From the NCBI RefSeq assembly GCF_047607405.1, contig NZ_JASGDA010000088.1, forward strand, positions 2,341-66,340: a stretch of 64,000 nucleotides of DNA, in the 5' to 3' direction. A program made the translations under genes and the position numbers. Positions within the stretch are counted from its first letter, which is position 1, and every line of letters starts with the position of its first letter. This stretch comes from Acidovorax sp. (GTDB taxonomy: Bacteria; Pseudomonadota; Gammaproteobacteria; Burkholderiales; Burkholderiaceae_C). A model generated the notes under the pieces. It worked only from the letters and a program-made list of their open reading frames with translations. It did not search any database and was not told the origin of the DNA. Positions 13,319 to 22,828 of this stretch are shown here, piece after piece.

Positions 13319-13604
13319 GGGAATGCTGTGCTGGTGGTGCCCGCTGCGGGCGCCCGAAAGGGAACCGGCGATTATAGATTTGCAGCCCCTCGCAGCCCCT
13401 TCCCAACCCCCCAGCAGCCCTGCCCCGCGCGGGCTTGCGCGCTGGGCCGTTCGGGACTATGTTTGCCAACAGGCGTGGCGGCTCCTTAATTTCTCCTGAT
13501 TTTTGTCGAAGCAGGATGAAACCGGGCAGGTTCTCAGTTGCCCGCCGGGGGCCGCAGCGTGCAGCGCCGGACGGCGAGTGAATTCAACGATACAAGGAGA
13601 CAAG

Positions 13605-14684
13605 ATGATTTTGAAACCATCCGCGCTGGGTGTTGCCGCTGTTGCATCGCTGGCCGCCATCCCCGCCGCTGCGGCAACGCAGTTCGGCGACTACGTGACG
13701 CTCAGCGGCTTCGGCACGGCGGGCGTCGTTGCCAGCGACAACGACAAGGTTGACTTCGTTCGAGACGGTGCCCCCAAGGGTGCGGGCGACAACGCCAGCT
13801 GGGCGGTGGACTCGAAGATCGGCCTGCAAGCCAACTTCAAGGCGAACGATTGGCTCAGCGCCACGGTGCAGGTGCTCGCCGAACAGCGCCACACACCGGG
13901 CGTGAAGGCCGAGTTCGAGTGGGCCTACGTGAACCTGAAGCCGCTGGACAACCTGTCGATCCGCGTGGGCCGCACGGCACCCGCCGTCTTCATGGTGTCC
14001 GACTCCCGCAACGTCGGGTACGCGAACACCATGGTGCGCATGCCCAACGACGTTTACGCGCTGAACTCGCTCAAGCGTCTCACCGGCGTGGACGCGACCT
14101 ACCGGCTGGACACCCCGCTGGGCGGCCTGAGCATCTCCGGCATGGCGGGCGAAGGACTTGCCGTCAGCGGCGGCACGACGAACGACGCCAAGAAGGTGCG
14201 CGGCATCAACGCGGTTTTCGACACGGCGGTGGGCTCCTTCAGGCTGGGCCAGGTCAGGACGGACGTACACGTGCAGATGTCCGGCGCCATCGTGCCCTAC
14301 ACGTTCTCAGGCGTCGGCTACCAGTTGGACGTGGACAATTTCGTCGTCATGGCCGAGTACGTGAAGCGGTCGATCAGCGGTCCGTACTCCATCTTTGGCG
14401 CCAAGGGCTGGTACGTCATGGGCGGCTACCGCATGGGGCAGTTCACGCCGTACCTCGCGGCGGCCCGGACCCGCGTTGACAACGTGTCGGCCAACGTACT
14501 GAACGGCCACGAAAACACCCTGACCGCTGGCGTGCGCTGGGACGTGGTGCCGGGCGCGGCGGTCAAGCTGCAGCTCGACCAGGTCGATCCCAAGGGCGGT
14601 CGCGGCATCAGCTTCCCGATGTTCTCGCCCGGCGTTGGCGACAAGACGCGGGTCCTGAGCCTGGCGGTCGATTTCGTGTTCTGA
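13605..14684 (+). CDS. outer-membrane beta-barrel (porin-like) protein
   Basis: It has an AAGGAGA RBS and a signal peptide MILKPSALGVAAVASLAAIPAAAA. The sequence has an alternating beta-strand pattern and ends in a C-terminal F. Confidence 0.7.
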   Translation: MILKPSALGVAAVASLAAIPAAAATQFGDYVTLSGFGTAGVVASDNDKVDFVRDGAPKGAGDNASWAVDSKIGLQANFKANDWLSATVQVLAEQRHTPGVKAEFEWAYVNLKPLDNLSIRVGRTAPAVFMVSDSRNVGYANTMVRMPNDVYALNSLKRLTGVDATYRLDTPLGGLSISGMAGEGLAVSGGTTNDAKKVRGINAVFDTAVGSFRLGQVRTDVHVQMSGAIVPYTFSGVGYQLDVDNFVVMAEYVKRSISGPYSIFGAKGWYVMGGYRMGQFTPYLAAARTRVDNVSANVLNGHENTLTAGVRWDVVPGAAVKLQLDQVDPKGGRGISFPMFSPGVGDKTRVLSLAVDFVF

Positions 14685-14697
14685 ACGGGGGCGAATC

Positions 14698-15099
14698 ATG
14701 ATGAAGAAACTGATTGCCCTGTTCGCTCTGAGTGCCGCCCTGCTGGGTGCTGCACATGCTGCCGACATCGTCGTCGTCGGCCACCCCAGCGCCGCCGCGC
14801 TCACCAAGGACCAGGTCGCCGACGTGTACACCGGCAAGAGCCAGAGCGCCTCGCCAGTGGACCAGCCCGAGTCGGCAGCGATACGCGCGGAGTTCTACAA
14901 GAAGGCCACCGGCAAGGACCCGGCGCAGATCAAGGCGCTGTGGTCGCGCCTGACCTTCTCGGGCAAGGGCCAGCCGCCCAAGGAAGTGGCTGACTCCGCA
15001 GCCGTCAAGAAGGCCGTCGCTGCCGATCCGAAGGCCATCGGCTACATCGAGAAGACGGCTGTCGATGCCAGTGTGAAAGTGCTGGTCGGCATCGACTGA
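14698..15099 (+). CDS. small periplasmic PstS/PBP-like domain protein (~133 aa)
   Basis: It has a signal peptide ending AHA. The mature part resembles the C-terminal half of phosphate-binding PBP domains ([20 protein letters not shown]). Confidence 0.6.
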   Translation: MMKKLIALFALSAALLGAAHAADIVVVGHPSAAALTKDQVADVYTGKSQSASPVDQPESAAIRAEFYKKATGKDPAQIKALWSRLTFSGKGQPPKEVADSAAVKKAVAADPKAIGYIEKTAVDASVKVLVGID

Positions 15100-15191
15100 C
15101 GCCGACGGCCAGCGCCAGCCCAGCGCAGCGGCGAGCCCAGCGCTCACCGCTGCCTTTGCCGCACAAGCGAATCCACGAACGGGAAATCGGC

Positions 15192-16742
15192 ATGAAATTC
15201 AAAACCAAGATCTGGATGCTGCCCGTCTGCGCCGCAGCCGTCTTCGTCGTGGGCTGCCTGATCAGCTACGCCGTGGGTACCAGCACCTCCGCGACCCTGG
15301 AGCGCCTGCGCCAGCAGGACTACCCGGCGCTGGAGGTCATCACCAAGATCGAGCGCAACGTCGAGAACTTTCGCCTCACGCTGCAGGCGGCCGCCGCCGA
15401 AGGCGACGAGGACAAGCTCAAGGACCTGCAGACCCTGGCCGCAGCGACCCTGGGCAGCGTGGACGCGCTGGCGAACATCGAAGGCCAGGGCGAACTGGCA
15501 GCGCAGCTGCGCCAGGGCGCCAACGCGTACCAGAACGCGGGCCTGGGCGCCATCGGCGCCATGCTGGGCAAGAAGGATGTCGGCGACCAGCTCACGCAGA
15601 TGCAAAAGCACATGGCCGCGCTGGACGGCCAGATCGCCGCGAGCAAGCAGCAGGCCGCCCAGACCGTCGAGAGCACGCAGGACGCGCTGGCCACCGGCGT
15701 GCGCCGCAGCCTGATGGTGGTGCTGGGTACCTGCCTGGCCGCGCTGCTGACGCTGGGCGTGGCCTCCAAGCTCATCGTGGCCTCGGTCTGGAAGGACCTG
15801 GGCGACGAGCCCACGCGCCTGAGCCAGGCCATGCGCAGCATCGCCGAAGGCGACCTGTCGCCCGGGGTGGCCAGCGCGGCAGCGGGCGCGCACGTCGGCT
15901 CGATGAGCGCGGCGCTGGGCGGCATGGTGGCGCAGCTGCGCCGAACCATCGGGCAGATCCGCCAGGCCGTCGAGTCGATCAACACCGCCTCCAGCGAAAT
16001 CGCCAGCGGCAACCAGGACTTGAGCGCGCGCACCGAGAGCACGGCATCCAACCTGCAGCAGACCGCCAGCGCCATGGAGCAGCTCACCAGCACCGTCGGG
16101 CAGACCGCCGAATCGGCGGTCCAGGCGCGCACGGTCGTCGGCACGGCGGCCCAGGCTGCCCAGCGCGGCGGCGACATCGTGACGCAGGTGGTGACCAACA
16201 TGACCGAGATCAACGCCGCCTCGCGCAAGATCACCGACATCATCGGCGTCATCGACGGCATTGCTTTCCAGACCAACATCCTGGCGCTCAACGCTGCGGT
16301 GGAGGCGGCACGGGCGGGCGAGCAGGGGCGCGGTTTCGCCGTGGTGGCCAGCGAGGTGCGCAGCCTGGCGCAGCGCAGCGCGCAGGCGGCCAAGGAGATC
16401 AAGACGCTGATCGGCGTGTCCAGCGAAAAGGTCGAGAGCGGAACGCAGCTGGTCAACGACGCGGGCGCGGCGATGCGGGAGATCGTGGCCGGAGTGCAGA
16501 ACGTCACCAGCATCATTGCCGAGATCAGCGACGCCGCCAGCGAGCAGTCCTTGGGCATCGGCAACGTCAACCAGGCGGTGGCGCAGCTGGACCAGATGAC
16601 GCAGCAGAACTCGGCCCTGGTCGAGCAGTCGGCGGCGGCCGCAGGCAGCCTGCGCGAACAGGCACAGCAGCTGGCCGATGCCGTCGCGGTATTCCGCGTA
16701 GGCGCCGCCTTCCACCAGGAGCTGAAGGCGATTTCACACTGA
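15192..16742 (+). CDS. methyl-accepting chemotaxis protein
   Basis: It has two TM segments, a HAMP domain, and the conserved signalling hairpin [37 protein letters not shown]. Confidence 0.92.
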   Translation: MKFKTKIWMLPVCAAAVFVVGCLISYAVGTSTSATLERLRQQDYPALEVITKIERNVENFRLTLQAAAAEGDEDKLKDLQTLAAATLGSVDALANIEGQGELAAQLRQGANAYQNAGLGAIGAMLGKKDVGDQLTQMQKHMAALDGQIAASKQQAAQTVESTQDALATGVRRSLMVVLGTCLAALLTLGVASKLIVASVWKDLGDEPTRLSQAMRSIAEGDLSPGVASAAAGAHVGSMSAALGGMVAQLRRTIGQIRQAVESINTASSEIASGNQDLSARTESTASNLQQTASAMEQLTSTVGQTAESAVQARTVVGTAAQAAQRGGDIVTQVVTNMTEINAASRKITDIIGVIDGIAFQTNILALNAAVEAARAGEQGRGFAVVASEVRSLAQRSAQAAKEIKTLIGVSSEKVESGTQLVNDAGAAMREIVAGVQNVTSIIAEISDAASEQSLGIGNVNQAVAQLDQMTQQNSALVEQSAAAAGSLREQAQQLADAVAVFRVGAAFHQELKAISH

Positions 16743-16855
16743 AGGTGTGCCGCGCCGGGTTTCAGGGAGACCGGCAGTCTGCGGGCAGCATGTTTACAAC
16801 GTGCGCCATGCTGATATATTAGAAATATCTTTCTATGCTCCCGCACGCACCACCC

Positions 16856-17791
16856 ATGAAACGCATCCAGATCCTCGACTCCCACACCGGCGGCGAGCCC
16901 ACGCGGCTGGTGCTGGGCGGCTTCCCCGACCTGGGCACGGGCAGCATGGCCGAGCGCCGCGCCCTGCTGGCCGCGCAGCACGACGCCTGGCGCGCGGCCA
17001 CGGTGCTGGAGCCGCGCGGCAGCGACGTGGTCGTGGGCGCCCTGCTCTGCACGCCCGCCGACCCGGCGAACACGGCGGGCGTGATCTTCTTCAACAACAC
17101 CGGGTATCTGGGCATGTGCGGCCACGGCACCATCGGCCTGGTGGCGTCGCTGGCCTACCTGGGCCGCATCGCGCCGGGCGAGCACCGCATCGAGACGCCC
17201 GTGGGCACCGTCACCACCACGCTGCACGGGGACGGCTCGGTCAGCGTGCGCAACGTGCCCGCCTACCGGCTGCACCACCGGCTGGCGGTGCAGGTGCCAG
17301 GCCACGGCACGGTGGTGGGCGACGTGGCCTGGGGCGGCAACTGGTTCTTCCTGGTGTCGGATCACGGCCAGCGCGTGGCCAGCGACAACCTGGAAGCGCT
17401 CACGGCCTACACCTGCGCCTTGCAGCAGGCGCTGAAGGACCAGGGCATCCGGGGCGACGACGGCGGCGAGATCGACCACATCGAGCTGTTCGCCGACGAC
17501 AGCGAAGCCGACAGCCGCAACTTCGTGCTCTGCCCGGGCCGGGCCTACGACCGCTCGCCCTGCGGCACCGGCACCAGCGCCAAGGTGGCCTGCCTCGCGG
17601 CAGACGGCAAGCTGCAGCCCGGCCAGGTGTGGCGCCAGGCCAGCATCATCGGCAGCCAGTTCGAGGCCAGCTACGCGCTGCAAGGCGACGGCAAGATCAT
17701 CCCCACCCTGCGTGGCCGCGCCCACATGAGCGCCGAAGCCACGCTGCTCATCGAAGACGGCGACCCTTTCGGCTGGGGCATCCGGCTCTAA
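16856..17791 (+). CDS. 4-hydroxyproline epimerase (proline racemase family)
   Basis: It reads [17 protein letters not shown], with catalytic Cys contexts GMCGHGTIG and [11 protein letters not shown]. Confidence 0.88.
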   Translation: MKRIQILDSHTGGEPTRLVLGGFPDLGTGSMAERRALLAAQHDAWRAATVLEPRGSDVVVGALLCTPADPANTAGVIFFNNTGYLGMCGHGTIGLVASLAYLGRIAPGEHRIETPVGTVTTTLHGDGSVSVRNVPAYRLHHRLAVQVPGHGTVVGDVAWGGNWFFLVSDHGQRVASDNLEALTAYTCALQQALKDQGIRGDDGGEIDHIELFADDSEADSRNFVLCPGRAYDRSPCGTGTSAKVACLAADGKLQPGQVWRQASIIGSQFEASYALQGDGKIIPTLRGRAHMSAEATLLIEDGDPFGWGIRL

Positions 17792-17808
17792 AAAGAAGGG
17801 GCGAACCC

Positions 17809-18924
17809 ATGCAGCACGCGGACGTGATCGTCATCGGTGCAGGTATCGTCGGCGCCGCCTGCGCCCACGTGCTGGCGCGCCACGGCCTGCAGGTGCTGGT
17901 GCTGGACGCCCGCCTGGGCGGCGCCACGGCCGCAGGCATGGGCCACCTGGTGGTGATGGACGACAACCCCGCCGAGCTGGCCTTGAGCCAGGCATCGCTC
18001 GCGCTGTGGCGCGACTGGGCCCCGCGCATGATGGCCGACCAGCCCGGCTGCGCCTATACCCGCTGCGGCACCCTCTGGCTGGCCGCCAACGACGCCGAGA
18101 TGGCAGGCGCCGAAGAAAAAGCCCGCCGCCTGCAGCAGCACGGCCTGGCCTGCGAGCTGCTGGACGCCGCCGCCCTGCGCCGCCTGGAACCCGCGCTGCG
18201 CCCCGGCCTGCAGGGCGCGCTGAAGGTGAGCGGCGACAGCCTGGTCTATGCCCCCCTCGCCGCCCAGTGGCTGCTGCAGCACGCGCCACGGCCCATCCGC
18301 GCCGAGCAGGCAGAAGCCACCCGCATCGACGGCAATGGCCGGGTGCAGCTGGCCGACGGCTCCTGGCGCGCAGCCGGGGCCGTGGTGCTGGCCGCGGGCA
18401 TCCACGCCACGCGCTTCTGTCCCGAGCTGCCCATACGCCCCAAGAAGGGCCACCTGCTCATCACCGACCGCTACCCTGGCACCGTGCGGCACCAGTTGGT
18501 GGAGCTGGGCTACATCAGCAACGCGCACCGGACCGAGGGCACGTCCGTGGCCTTCAACCTGCAGCCGCGCCCCACGGGGCAGCTGCTGCTGGGCTCCTCG
18601 CGCCAGTTCGACACCACCGACCCCGCTGTGGATGACGACGTGCTGGCCCGCATGCTGCGCCGCGCGCTGGACTATGTGCCTGGCCTGGCGGAGCTGAACG
18701 CCATCCGCACCTGGACGGGCTTTCGCGCGGCCACGCCCGACAGCCTGCCCATCATCGGCCAGCACCCGCACCACGACCGGCTGTGGCTGGCCGTGGGCCA
18801 CGAGGGTCTGGGCGTAACCACCGCGCCCGCCACCGCCGAGCTGCTGGCCGCGCAGATGACCGGCGGCCTGGCGCCGCTGGACCCCGCGCCCTACGCGGCG
18901 CAACGCTTCCCGCTTGCGGCATGA
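17809..18924 (+). CDS. FAD-dependent oxidoreductase (D-hydroxyproline / D-amino-acid dehydrogenase-like, beta-type subunit)
   Basis: It has the dinucleotide fold motif DVIVIGAGIVGAACA. This is the 3' 371 codons of track ORF 16747..18924. Confidence 0.8.
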   Translation: MQHADVIVIGAGIVGAACAHVLARHGLQVLVLDARLGGATAAGMGHLVVMDDNPAELALSQASLALWRDWAPRMMADQPGCAYTRCGTLWLAANDAEMAGAEEKARRLQQHGLACELLDAAALRRLEPALRPGLQGALKVSGDSLVYAPLAAQWLLQHAPRPIRAEQAEATRIDGNGRVQLADGSWRAAGAVVLAAGIHATRFCPELPIRPKKGHLLITDRYPGTVRHQLVELGYISNAHRTEGTSVAFNLQPRPTGQLLLGSSRQFDTTDPAVDDDVLARMLRRALDYVPGLAELNAIRTWTGFRAATPDSLPIIGQHPHHDRLWLAVGHEGLGVTTAPATAELLAAQMTGGLAPLDPAPYAAQRFPLAA

Positions 18925-19187
18925 CGACACCCATGCAAGTCCTCATCGACGGCATGCCCGTCCAGATCGCCCCGGGGCACACCGTAGCGGCTGCGCTGGC
19001 CCTGCGCCCCCCGGGCTGCAGCCGCACATCGGTGTCGGGCGAGCGCCGCGCGCCCTTCTGCGGCATGGGCATCTGCCACGAATGCCGCGTGCTGGTGGAC
19101 GGGCGCCGCCGCCTGGCCTGCCAGACCCTGTGTGCCGACGGCATGGCCATCGACACCCGCACCCACCCCGCCGGAGACCCGCCATGA
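18921..19187 (+). CDS. (2Fe-2S)-binding protein (HcnA / opine-oxidase small-subunit-like)
   Basis: It reads MTTPMQVLIDGMPV...FCGMGICHECRV. There are ATGA start/stop overlaps on both sides. Confidence 0.75.
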   Translation: MTTPMQVLIDGMPVQIAPGHTVAAALALRPPGCSRTSVSGERRAPFCGMGICHECRVLVDGRRRLACQTLCADGMAIDTRTHPAGDPP

Positions 19188-20461
19188 ACGGCACCGCGCA
19201 GCACTGCGACCTGCTCATCGTGGGCGCAGGCCCCGCAGGCATGGCCGCCGCGCTGGCGGCAGCACCCCGGGGCCTTGCCATCACGCTGGTGGACGACAAC
19301 ATCCACCCCGGCGGCCAGATCTGGCGCGACGGCCCCGGCGTGGCCCTGCCGCCCCTGGCGCGCCAGCACCGCGACGCGCTGGCGCGCCACCCCAACATCC
19401 GCCTGCTGTGCGGCACCCGCGTGGTGGGCCTGGGCGGTCCCGCCGCGCCAGGCGATGCGCCCGCCCTGCTGCTGGAAGACGCCGAACGCGGCTGGACCCA
19501 GCACAGCCGCCGCCTGATCCTGTGCAACGGCGCGCGCGAACTGCTGCTGCCCTTCCCCGGCTGGACGCTGCCCGGCGTGACCGGCGCGGGCGGGCTGCAA
19601 GCTCTCGTCAAAGGCGGCGTGCCGGTGCGCGGCCAGCGCATCGTGGTGGCGGGCACCGGCCCGCTGCTGCTGGCGGCGGTCGACACCGCCCGCAAGGCCG
19701 GTGCGCAGGTGCTGCGCATCGCCGAGCAGGCCGCGTGGCAGGCGCTGGCCGCATTCGCCCTGCAGTTGCCGCGCTGGCCCGCCAAGGCCCTGCAGGCCGC
19801 CACCCTGTTCAACCCCCGCTGGCGCGCGTCCAGCCACGTGCTGCGGGCCGAGGGCGCGGGCGCGCTGGAGCGCGTGACGCTGCAGCGCGGCCCCCGCCCG
19901 GAAAACCAGGAAACCCTGGCCTGCGACCGGCTCGCCTGCGGCTTCGGCCTGGTACCCAACACGCAACTGGGGCAACTGCTGGGCTGCGGGCTGAACGCCC
20001 GCCAGGGCCTGCAGGTGGATGCGCTGATGGCAACCACGGTACACGGCGTCCACGCGGCGGGCGAATGCACCGGCTTTGGCGGCAGCGAACGCGCCCTGCT
20101 CCAAGGCGCCATCGCCGGTCACGCCGCCACTGGCGACACCGCCCGCGCCCAGGCCCTGTGGCCCGCACTGGCCCGCTGGGAAGGCTTTGCCGACCTGCTG
20201 CACAGGCAGTTCCAGTTGCGCGACGCCGTGCGCCACCTGGCCGCGCCCGACACGCTGGTGTGCCGCTGCGAGGACGTGCCGCACCAGGCGCTCGCGGGCC
20301 GCACGGGCTGGATCGACGCCAAGCTCCACACCCGCTGCGGCATGGGCGCCTGCCAGGGCCGCGTCTGCGGCGCAGCCGCCCAGGTGCTGTACGGCTGGAC
20401 GCCAGCCCCGCCGCGCCACCTGCTGGCGCCCGTGCGCATAGGCACCCTGGCCCGAGACTAA
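19184..20461 (+). CDS. FAD/NAD(P)-binding oxidoreductase (HcnB-like alpha-type subunit)
   Basis: It has DLLIVGAGPAGMAAA and the C-terminal Cys cluster VCRCEDV...CGMGACQGRVC. Confidence 0.78.
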   Translation: MNGTAQHCDLLIVGAGPAGMAAALAAAPRGLAITLVDDNIHPGGQIWRDGPGVALPPLARQHRDALARHPNIRLLCGTRVVGLGGPAAPGDAPALLLEDAERGWTQHSRRLILCNGARELLLPFPGWTLPGVTGAGGLQALVKGGVPVRGQRIVVAGTGPLLLAAVDTARKAGAQVLRIAEQAAWQALAAFALQLPRWPAKALQAATLFNPRWRASSHVLRAEGAGALERVTLQRGPRPENQETLACDRLACGFGLVPNTQLGQLLGCGLNARQGLQVDALMATTVHGVHAAGECTGFGGSERALLQGAIAGHAATGDTARAQALWPALARWEGFADLLHRQFQLRDAVRHLAAPDTLVCRCEDVPHQALAGRTGWIDAKLHTRCGMGACQGRVCGAAAQVLYGWTPAPPRHLLAPVRIGTLARD

Positions 20462-20470
20462 GATTCACCC

Positions 20471-21136
20471 ATGCCCGCGACACCCGCCCGAGACCCCGCC
20501 CCCAAGCGGCGCGCCGCCGACGTGGCCTACGACGCCATCGAGGCCATGATCTGCACCCTGCAACTGCAGCCCGGCTCGCCGGTGGTCGAGGCCGACATCG
20601 TGCAGCGCACCGGCCTGGGCCGCACCCCCGTGCGCGAGGCGCTGCTGCGCATGGTGTCCATCGGCCTCATCGCGCAGCAGCCCCGGCGCGGGCTGCTGGT
20701 GTCGCACATCGACCTGGCCGACCACCTGGACGTGATCCAGACCCGCCGCGTGCTGGAATGCCTGATCGCTTCCTGCGCCGCCCGCCGCGCCACCGCGCCG
20801 CAGCGCCAGGCCATCGTGCGGTGCGCCGAGCAGATGGTGGAGGCCGCAGAGCGCAGCCATCTGGACGACTACATGCTGGCCGACCACGCGCTGGACGTGG
20901 TCACGCACCAGGCTTGCCAGAACCACTCTGCCGTCAAGTGCGTGCAGCCGCTCATCGTGCAGTGCCGCCGCTTCTGGTACGCCTACCAGCACGAAGGCGA
21001 GGTGTCCGAGGGCGCGCGCGCCCACATGCACCTGGCCCAGGGCATCGCCACCGGCGACGAAGCCCGCGCCGTGGCCGGGGCCCACCAGCTCATGGACTAC
21101 CTGGAACGCTTCGCCCGGCGCATCATCGACCAGTGA
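20471..21136 (+). CDS. GntR family transcriptional regulator (FCD domain)
   Basis: The N-terminal winged helix reads AYDAIEAMICTLQLQPGSPVVEADIVQRTGLGRTPVREAL. Confidence 0.85.
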   Translation: MPATPARDPAPKRRAADVAYDAIEAMICTLQLQPGSPVVEADIVQRTGLGRTPVREALLRMVSIGLIAQQPRRGLLVSHIDLADHLDVIQTRRVLECLIASCAARRATAPQRQAIVRCAEQMVEAAERSHLDDYMLADHALDVVTHQACQNHSAVKCVQPLIVQCRRFWYAYQHEGEVSEGARAHMHLAQGIATGDEARAVAGAHQLMDYLERFARRIIDQ

Positions 21137-21154
21137 CTCCCGCCGTGATACTTC

Positions 21155-21207
21155 TTTTTTGATAGCTACTAGTGCTTGCTGCATAAGCGTTGGAAGCCAA
21201 TTTGGCT
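21155..21207 (+). repeat. GATAGCTG-hairpin repeat, copy D
   Basis: Sequence TTTTTTGATAGCTACTAGTGCTTGCTGCATAAGCGTTGGAAGCCAATTTGGCT. Confidence 0.8.
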
Positions 21208-21237
21208 TAAATTCTTTTCATTCTCGGAGGCAACATC

Positions 21238-22734
21238 ATGGACATGAAGACATCCCCCCTGGCGCAGCTCAACGACCCCAGCCTGCTCCAGACCGGCGGC
21301 CTCATCAACGGCCAGTGGGTGGCGGGCGCCAGCCGCTTCGACGTACACGACCCGGCCACCGGCGCCAAGCTGGCGGACGTGGCGAACCTCGGCCCGGCAG
21401 ACGCCGAGGCCGCCATCGCCGCCGCGAATGCCGCCTGGCCCGCCTGGCGCAGCAAGACCGCCAAGGAGCGCAGCACCATCCTGCGCAAGTGGTACGACCT
21501 GCTGATGGCGAACCAGGACGACCTGGGGCGCATCATGACCGCCGAGCAGGGCAAGCCCCTGCCCGAAGCCAAGGGCGAGGTGGCCTACGGCGCGAGCTTC
21601 GTCGAGTGGTTCGCCGAAGAGGCCAAGCGCGTGAACGGCGAGACGCTGCCACAGTTCGACAACAACCGGCGCCTGCTGGTGCTCAAGCAGCCCATCGGCG
21701 TGTGCGCGGCCATCACGCCGTGGAACTTTCCGCTCGCCATGATCACCCGCAAGGTCGCGCCCGCGCTGGCTGCGGGCTGCCCCGTGGTCATCAAGCCTGC
21801 CGAGCTGACGCCCCTCACCGCCCTGGCCGCCGCCGAGCTGGCGATCCGCGCGGGCATCCCCGCCGGGGTGCTGAACATCCTGACCGCCGACAGCGACAAC
21901 TCCATCGCCATCGGCAAGGTGCTGTGCGCGAGCGACGTGGTGCGCCACATCAGCTTCACCGGCAGCACCGAGGTGGGCCGCATCCTGATGGCGCAGTCGG
22001 CCCCCACGGTCAAGAAGATGTCGCTGGAGCTGGGCGGCAATGCGCCCTTCATCGTGTTCGACGACGCCGACATCGACAGCGCCGTGGAAGGCGCCTTCGC
22101 CAGCAAGTACCGCAACGCGGGCCAGACCTGCGTGTGTACCAACCGCTTCTACGTGCAGGAAGGCGTCTATGACGAGTTCGTGCGCAAGTTCGCCGCCAGG
22201 GTCAAGACCGCCAAGGTCGGCAACGGCTTCGAGGCGGGCGTGAACCAGGGCCCGCTGATCGAGGAAGCGGCCCTGGTCAAAGTGCAGCGCCACCTCGATG
22301 ACGCCATCGCCAAGGGCGGCACGGTGGTCACCGGCGGCCAGCGCCTGAAAACCCTGGGCAGCGGCCAGTTCTTCGAGCCCACCGTGGTCGCCAACGCCAC
22401 GCCCGACATGCTGTGCGCCCGCGAGGAGACCTTCGGCCCCTTCGCGCCCGTCTTCAAGTTCAAGACCGAGCAGGAGGCCATCGACGCCGCCAACCACACC
22501 GAGTTCGGCCTGGCGAGCTACTTCTACAGCCGCGACGTGGGCCGCATCTTCCGCGTGGGCGAGGCGCTCGAATACGGCATGGTGGGCATCAACGTGGGCA
22601 TCCTCGCCACCGAACACGTGCCCTTCGGCGGCGTCAAGCAGTCGGGCCTGGGCCGCGAAGGCTCTCACCACGGCATGGACGACTACCTGGAAATCAAATA
22701 CCTGTGCCTGGGCGACATCCAGGCCGCCAAATAA
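21238..22734 (+). CDS. NAD(P)-dependent aldehyde dehydrogenase (succinate-semialdehyde / 2-oxoglutarate-semialdehyde dehydrogenase type)
   Basis: It shows GabD-like sequence and the ALDH motifs ELGGNAP and the GQTCVC catalytic Cys. A GGAGG RBS precedes it. Confidence 0.88.
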   Translation: MDMKTSPLAQLNDPSLLQTGGLINGQWVAGASRFDVHDPATGAKLADVANLGPADAEAAIAAANAAWPAWRSKTAKERSTILRKWYDLLMANQDDLGRIMTAEQGKPLPEAKGEVAYGASFVEWFAEEAKRVNGETLPQFDNNRRLLVLKQPIGVCAAITPWNFPLAMITRKVAPALAAGCPVVIKPAELTPLTALAAAELAIRAGIPAGVLNILTADSDNSIAIGKVLCASDVVRHISFTGSTEVGRILMAQSAPTVKKMSLELGGNAPFIVFDDADIDSAVEGAFASKYRNAGQTCVCTNRFYVQEGVYDEFVRKFAARVKTAKVGNGFEAGVNQGPLIEEAALVKVQRHLDDAIAKGGTVVTGGQRLKTLGSGQFFEPTVVANATPDMLCAREETFGPFAPVFKFKTEQEAIDAANHTEFGLASYFYSRDVGRIFRVGEALEYGMVGINVGILATEHVPFGGVKQSGLGREGSHHGMDDYLEIKYLCLGDIQAAK

Positions 22735-22828
22735 AAGTGACGCCTGGCCGCAGTTGCTGCGGTAGCATCCCGTAACGTCCGGCCACACCTGCGGTCGGGT
22801 TTCAACGCACGCCGCCCGAAAGCACCGC

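Noticed and set aside
16747-18924. A 725-aa ORF spanning the epimerase region and the FAD oxidoreductase, considered as a single fusion protein.
   Set aside because: The 5' two-thirds is an off-frame Arg/Pro/Gly-rich shadow of the epimerase gene. Only the last 371 codons, from the ATG at 17809, have a dinucleotide-binding fold and a sensible start context.
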